From assembly GCA_048938445.1 (NCBI GenBank), contig JBHLME010000015.1, positions 1 through 49,634 of the forward strand: a DNA stretch of 49,634 nucleotides, in the 5' to 3' direction. The position numbers and the translations under genes are program-made. Below the pieces are notes generated by a model. It had not been told where the DNA came from and searched no databases. It worked only from the letters and a program-made list of their open reading frames with translations. Every line of letters starts with the position of its first letter. The first letter of the stretch is position 1. Shown in pieces: positions 49,216 to 49,634 of the stretch. This stretch comes from Promethearchaeota archaeon. GTDB taxonomy: Archaea; Asgardarchaeota; Lokiarchaeia; Sigyniarchaeales; SOKP01.

Positions 49216-49634
49216 ATGTGGAAAGTTAAGGGAGCATTATTAAAAAATTTTGTAATCATTATACGATCTAATAAAACTGGAGCTTATGATAATATTCTTA
49301 CGGAAGAAGAGAAAGAAATTGTGAACCAGCAGATTCTTGATGCCGTGTGGTATCCCTACGAATATTATAAAAAACTCTTTACTGCGGTTGCCAATGTAGA
49401 AGCTGATGGTGATCCGAAAAAAATTGAGGAATGGGGTTTTACATACGCTAAACAAGCAGTAGATCGCATCCATAGAGGAAAAAGTAAGAGGAGAAGCTTG
49501 AGACATGCAATCACATCATATGATGCCCTAATTAAATTGTGGTTTAATTTCGGTATATTAAAAGAAAATATAATCTCTGATAATGAAATAAATATAGAAA
49601 TTACAGAATTCGATAATGAATTTGATTTACATTA
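49216..49634 (+). CDS. H-NOX/V4R-like domain protein, truncated by the window end
   Basis: Hand translation MWKVKGALLKNF..ILDAVWYPYEYY..IEEWGFTYA..LWFNFG, open to the end. The VKG / WYP / G spacing is H-NOX-like. Confidence 0.6.
   Translation, partial: MWKVKGALLKNFVIIIRSNKTGAYDNILTEEEKEIVNQQILDAVWYPYEYYKKLFTAVANVEADGDPKKIEEWGFTYAKQAVDRIHRGKSKRRSLRHAITSYDALIKLWFNFGILKENIISDNEINIEITEFDNEFDLH

Noticed and set aside
49240-49506. 88-aa minus-strand ORF
   Set aside because: Antisense to the better-supported + strand gene starting at 49216.
1-49634. tRNA, rRNA, CRISPR arrays, IS elements, inteins
   Set aside because: None recognised by eye: no cloverleaf or GC-rich RNA genes, no regularly spaced repeats, no transposase or intein motifs. 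A tRNAscan/Rfam run would confirm.

Overview
AT-rich archaeal chromosomal window, most consistent with an Asgard archaeon of the Lokiarchaeia type. This is an inference from a Rab-like GTPase, a longin-like protein, a stand-alone 7TM protein, BRE/TATA promoters, a split archaeal glutamate synthase and several acyl-CoA ligases. Contents in order: PAS histidine kinase; heterodimeric ABC exporter; HdrB-HdrC fusion heading a three-gene glutamate synthase operon; longin-like protein; acyl-CoA synthetase; Rab-like GTPase; ilvE; secreted alpha/beta hydrolase; RAM-like protein; two tandem carAB operons; DUF3795; zinc-finger microprotein; four tandem 293-aa minimal chemoreceptors; RHH-fusion and 7TM proteins; pyrG; beta-oxidation genes; Hsp20; membrane-anchored wHTH regulator; truncated H-NOX/V4R-like gene. 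I saw no rRNA, tRNA, CRISPR array or intact mobile element. The strongest new observations are (1) an unannotated Ile/Val/Leu/Ala-rich leader peptide in a leader RNA with mutually exclusive pairings upstream of ilvE, a candidate ribosome-mediated attenuator; (2) an intact second CarA lacking the glutaminase Cys and His, paralleling ammonia-dependent CPS I; (3) an HdrBC fusion in place of GltD; and (4) the chemoreceptor array with signs of gene conversion and conserved per-gene promoters. All protein calls come from motif recognition by eye, with no database searches.
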